64,000 nt of DNA from Basidiobolus meristosporus CBS 931.73. Its lineage: Eukaryota > Fungi > Basidiobolomycota. Location: assembly GCA_002104905.1 (NCBI GenBank), contig MCFE01000092.1, positions 1 through 64,000 of the forward strand, written 5' to 3'. Made by a program: the position numbers and the translations under genes. A model generated the notes under the pieces. That model saw nothing but the letters and a program-made list of their open reading frames with translations. It ran no database searches and was not told where the DNA came from. Of the stretch, positions 58,953 to 64,000 are shown in pieces (the stretch's first letter is position 1; every line of letters begins with the position of its first letter).

Positions 58953-61900
58953 TGTTGAAATATTGGACTATTTGGTATCATTCAGCAGCTAAAAATTTAC
59001 TTAACAATTCTAGGCTAGTCTTAGTCACTGTAGGACTCATTTGCTGCCTTAACTTCGCCACTTTCTCTAGATATATGAACTTATGATTATTCCCCTAGAG
59101 TCAGGATCAAATTAGCACTATTACCAAACATTATGTACTAACCCTGAAACTGTTACAGAATGCTCCTGAGTATTGAGAAACCCTCCCTACTTAGTGTTGC
59201 AGCTGTATTACATCTACAAAGGTATAAATACTGAGCTTCTTTATGAATAAACAACAGTTCAACTATTATCACTATTTCTTGATAAGTTCCTTATATCCAA
59301 ATCACTTCTTAAATTGCAACAGGTTATGAGCCCCGATTGCCTTAATCTATTCTAAAGATGACTTCTACCAGCAAACAAAGCAATACCAACATCTTCCCTG
59401 TAAAGGAGAGGTTTGATGGGAAGAACTACAGACTTTGGAGAATCAAGATGCAGATCCACCTTGAGGAAAGAAAGCTTTGGAACATAGTAACCGGAAAGGA
59501 AGTTGAGCCCAAAGGAACAGCAGAAGATGTGGAGAAGTTTCAAGAGAAGGAGAGAAAGGCCTTCAATGCAATATGCATCAATGTGCAAGACTCCTTCATT
59601 GGACAAATCCATGCCTCAAATACTGCCAAAGCAGCATGGGAATCCTTAGAGAAGATCTTTAGAGCAAAGTCAGTATCAAGCAAGCTTTATTTGAAACAAA
59701 AGTTCTTCAACATGAGAAAAAAGCCAGATGATGACATGCTACAACTCATTACCAGAATGGAGACACTTGCAGAAGAACTTTACAGTATTAATGCTGGTGT
59801 AGATGATGAAGAAAAGATACTCTGTCTACTTTGCAGCCTACCAGACAAGTATGAGCCACTCATACTTTCTTTTGAAAGCAGAGAAGACAACTTGACTTTA
59901 GACTATGTCAAAGGAAGACTTCTCCATGAAGAACTCAGACGTAATGATCAAGCAGAGAAAATTGAAGATAATGCTTTATTCAGTTCAGAAAGGCATACAG
60001 AAAAGAAGGGAAAGCAACAAAACCAAAGAAAACCTGGCTGCTGTAACTACTGTAAGAAGCCAGGACACTGGGCAAGAGAATGCAAGAAGAAACAAGCAAA
60101 TGAAAAACAGAAACTAGAGCAGGCAAACCATATAACTACTGATGAACAGTTATTTGTCACTGTACAAGAGAGTGCAAGTAACCGAAGTAATGAATGGTAT
60201 ATTGACTCTGGAGCATCACAGCATATTTGTGGTATAAAGGATTGGTTCAGCAACTTAAAGACTATTCCCGTAAGAAAGGTTTATCTGGGAGATAACTCTG
60301 CATTGGAAGCTACCGCTAGTGGGTCTATACAACTAAATATGAGTGATAACTCAGGGGCAACAACAGCAAAACTGACTGACGTAGTCTATGTACCTGGAAC
60401 AGCTAAGAACCTACTCTCAGTCAGTAAAGCAACTACTCAGGGACTGAAATTTGTTTTTACTAAGCTGAGCTGCTCAATATTGAGTGAAAATGGACAAAAA
60501 TTAGCTTCGGGAATCAGAGATCACAATATATACAAGTTACAATGCAAGATCATTGTACTTGAGTATGTCAACATTGCTGAAACTGATGAAACCAACTGGG
60601 AGACGTGGCATAGGAGGCTAGGACACATAGGGGAACAGAAAATGAGCCAATTGGTGAAAAATCAGCTTGTTTTGGGCCTAAAATACTCAATTCCGACCAA
60701 ATTGAATGTTTGTAAGGGATGTTCATATGGCAAACAAGCTAGGCAACGTTTCAAGAGCTCAGAAGGCATCAATACTACCGAAATATTGGCTATTGTACAC
60801 TCAGACATATGTGGCCCCATGAGAACACTGTCCTTTGGAGCCAAGAGATACTTGATGACGTTTATTGATGACAAGACAAGATATACATGGGTGTACTTCC
60901 TCAAAACAAAGGATGAAGCTTTAGAGATGTTTAAGCACTTCAAGAACATGGCAGAAACACAAACTGGGTGTAAATTGAAGGTACTACGAAGTGACAATGG
61001 AGGAGAATACTGCTCAAAGGAGTTTGCAAAATACTACTTGTCTACTGGTATACTTCAACAGACCACTGTTCCTTATACTCCACAGCAAAATGGAGTAGCA
61101 GAACGTGCAAATAGAACAATAGTAGAGATGGCAAGATCTATGCTACATGATAAGGGAATGGACTACAAGTTTTGGGCTGAATCTGTTGCTACCGCTGTAT
61201 ACATCAAGAACAGATGCCCAACAACAGCACTACGTGATTTTACACCCTTTGAAGCATATACAGGCAAAAAACCAGATCTCCAGCACCTCAGGATCTTTGG
61301 CAGTGATGTTTTTTATCACATCCCTGACAAAAAACGCTCAAAGTTGGAACCAAAGAGTAGAAAAGGGATCTTTCTTGGGTATTGTGAAGATACTAAAGGG
61401 TATAGAGTGTATGATGGCAAAATTCAGAAGCTGATCAAGAGCAGGGACGTTGTATTTGAGGAGAATTCAGATCAGAAAGCCACAGAAATCATTGGCCAGC
61501 TGCCTGATGATGCAATCAACACAAATGAGGAAGATACGTACCAAATCCAGCCAGAGATGGAAGATACTTCTACCAGCTCCAGATCAGAACAGATTATCCC
61601 AGTTAGGAGATCTACCGGAATAAGAAATGCCCCTGGATCCTGGTGGCAGACATCCAATGAACATGAAGAAGCTTATCTTGCCTTATGTGCCAAACCTCAG
61701 AATCTGGAACAGGCAATGCAAGGTCCAGATGCTTCAAAGTGGCAACAAGCCATGCAGGAGGAGTACTAATCACTGATCAAGGCAAAAACGTGGGAACTGG
61801 TAGATTTACCAAATGGGAGAAAGCCAATAGGATGTAGATGGGTCTACAAGATCAAGATAACCTCAAATGGTGCCATTGATAAGTACAAGGCTAGATTGGT

Positions 61901-63638
61901 AGCTAAAGGCTATTCCCAGATCCAGGGACTAGACTTTAAGAAAACATTTGCTCCGGTTGCCAAGTTTAACTCTATTAGGACAGTTCTAGCCCTGGCAGCT
62001 GTTCACAGTCTAGATCTACACCAAATGGACATCAAGACAGTCTTTCTAAATGGGGATTTGCAAGAAACTATATATATGGAGCAACCAGAAGGTTTTACCG
62101 ATCCAAAAAGCCCCCATAAGGTGTGCAAACTTAGAAAATTGTTGTATGGGCTTAAGCAGGCACCCAGAGCATGGTATAACAAGATTGACACATATCTAGA
62201 GGAAATTGGGTTCTCTCGTAGCACTGCAGATCACAGTATATATGTGAAACAGCTCAAAAAGGGTGTGATCATCCTAGTTCTTTATGTGGACGACCTAATT
62301 ATAGCTACAAGTGATCAAGAGGCACTTAAACAGACGAAATCAGATCTCTTCAGCAAGTTTGAGATGAAGGATCTTGGAAAATTGAGCTATTTTCTTGGAA
62401 TTGAGGTCAAATTTGACATACCTACGCAGAAAATTGTGCTGAATCAGTCTAAGTACATCAGGGACATTCTTAGACGCTTCAAAATGGAAAATTGCAAGCC
62501 TGCAGCAACCCCTATGGACAATAACCTGAAATTAAGCAAATCTCAGCCAGTTATAGATGAAAACGGCTCAAATATGGACCAAAACTTTCCCTATCAATCA
62601 ATGGTTGGTAGCCTAATGTACTTGATGGTGTCTACACGTCCAGATATTGCAGTAGCCGTTGGAATAGTCAGTCAATTTATGCAGAATTATGGATCAGACC
62701 AAATTGCAGCAGTTAAGCGGATTTTCAGATATCTACAAGGTACCATAAATATGGTACTGGAATACTCTGGAGCAGCTAATAGGCAAAACTTTGATGGTTA
62801 TAGTGATTCAGAATGGGGTAAGGATTTGATTGACAGACGCTCTACCACAGGCTATGTATTTCTTTATGCTGGTGCAGCTATTACTTGGAATTGCAAGAAA
62901 CAACCAACTGTGGCACTATCTACAACTGAAGCCAAATATATGGCTGCATGTCAAGCAACTAAGGAGGCTATATGGCTACAAAAATTATTCAAAGACTTAG
63001 GTTTTAATTTAGGTGAACCAACATGTATTTACAAGGATAATCAAAGTTGTATTTCATTAGCTAGAAATCCTACTAATCATGCCAGAACTAAGCACATTGA
63101 TATACAGCATCACTTTGTGAGGGAAGCTGTAGAAAATAACTTAGTAGAGCTGGTTTACTGCCCAACTGACAAAATGGTGGCAGACATATTGACAAAACCA
63201 CTAGCTAGGCCACAGTTTGAGATCCTTAGAGAGAAATTGGGCTTAAGAAATTATTTAGTTGAGGGGGAGTGTTCAAATATTGGACTATTTGGTATCATTC
63301 AGCAGCTAAAAATTTACTTAACAATTCTAGGCTAGTCTTAGTCACTGTAGGACTCATTTACTGCCTTAACTTCGCCACTTTCTCTAGATATATGATCTTA
63401 TGATTATTCCCCTAGAGTCAGGATCAAATTAGCTCTATTACCAAACATTATGTACTAACCCTGAAACTGTTACAGAATGCTCCTGAATATTGAGAAGCCC
63501 TCCCTACTTAGTGTTGCAGCTGTATTACTTCTACAAAGGTATAAATACTGAGCTTCTTTATGAATAAACAACAGTTCAACTATTATCACTTTTTCTTGAT
63601 AAGTTCCTTATATCCAAATCACTTCTTAAATTGCAACA
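58953..63638 (+). mobile_element. Copia family B element B2, full length, LTRs 58953-59321 and 63270-63638, TSD GAACT
   Basis: GAACT at 58948-58952 and 63639-63643, PBS GGTTATGAGCCCC 59322-59334, PPT GAGGGGGAG 63261-63269. LTRs differ at about 8 positions. Confidence 0.96.
59358..63335 (+). pseudogene. B2 gag-pol, interrupted by a single in-frame TAA at 61767-61769
   Basis: CNYCKKPGHWAREC, WYIDSGAS, HSDICGP, LYVDD, YSDSEW, ADILTK. Both halves are in the same frame. Confidence 0.92.
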
Positions 63639-64000
63639 GAACTCAGATGTAATGCTCAAGCAGAGAAAATTGAAGACAATGCTTTATTCAGCTCAGAGTG
63701 GCACACAGAAAAGAAAGGGAAGCAACAAAACCAAAAAAAACCTGGTTGCTGTAACTACTGTAAGAAACCAAGACACTGGGCATCAGAATGCCAGAAGAAA
63801 CAAGCAGACAAAAGCCAGAAATTGGAGCTGGCAAACCATTTAACTACTGAAGAACAGTTATTTGTAACTGTACAAGAGAGTGCAAGTAACCAAAATATTG
63901 AATGGTCTATTGACTCTGGAGCATTGCAGCATACTTATGGTATAAAGGAGTGGTTCTGCAACTTAAAGACTATTCCCATAAGAATGGCTTATCTGGGAGG

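Larger units (their letters stand above)
57970..64000 (+). mobile_element. Older Ty1/copia family B element (5' LTR 57970-58338, gag 58375-58952, resumes 63644 to window end)
   Basis: 369-bp LTR and PBS GGCTATGAGCCCC. Decayed gag paralogous to 59358-, interrupted at EEL/R by B2. Confidence 0.9.

Overview
Eukaryotic, almost certainly fungal DNA: short GT-AG introns, an Npr/Hal-type kinase and a chromodomain Ty3/gypsy element. An early-diverging lineage is plausible but is inference only. Two CpG-rich host-gene islands sit in CpG-depleted transposon DNA. The first (~11-22 kb) holds an Npr/Hal Ser/Thr kinase, three intact NADP-dependent alkenal/prostaglandin-reductase-like genes plus relics, a 7-exon MTM1/SLC25A39-40 mitochondrial carrier and an unidentified frameshifted ORF. 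The second (~33.4-38 kb) is a large multi-exon coiled-coil gene. The rest is nested mobile DNA, with most LTR boundaries fixed by TG...CA ends and target-site duplications (TSDs). It includes an intact Ty1/copia with apparently identical LTRs (26250-30936), a second copia family nested inside itself (58953-63638), and a decayed chromovirus (2341-9336) with a probable self-priming PBS. There are solo LTRs of four families, two inverted CMC/CACTA-like two-gene elements, and a compact DDE_Tnp_4 transposon with an unknown divergent partner gene. The best leads are the self-priming structure, a 12-fold CCCCTTTA (STRE-like) array in one LTR family, GCG(C/G) target sites of another, the orphan partner genes of the DNA transposons, and repeated patchwork identity between paralogous sequences. 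All alignments and counts were done by eye.
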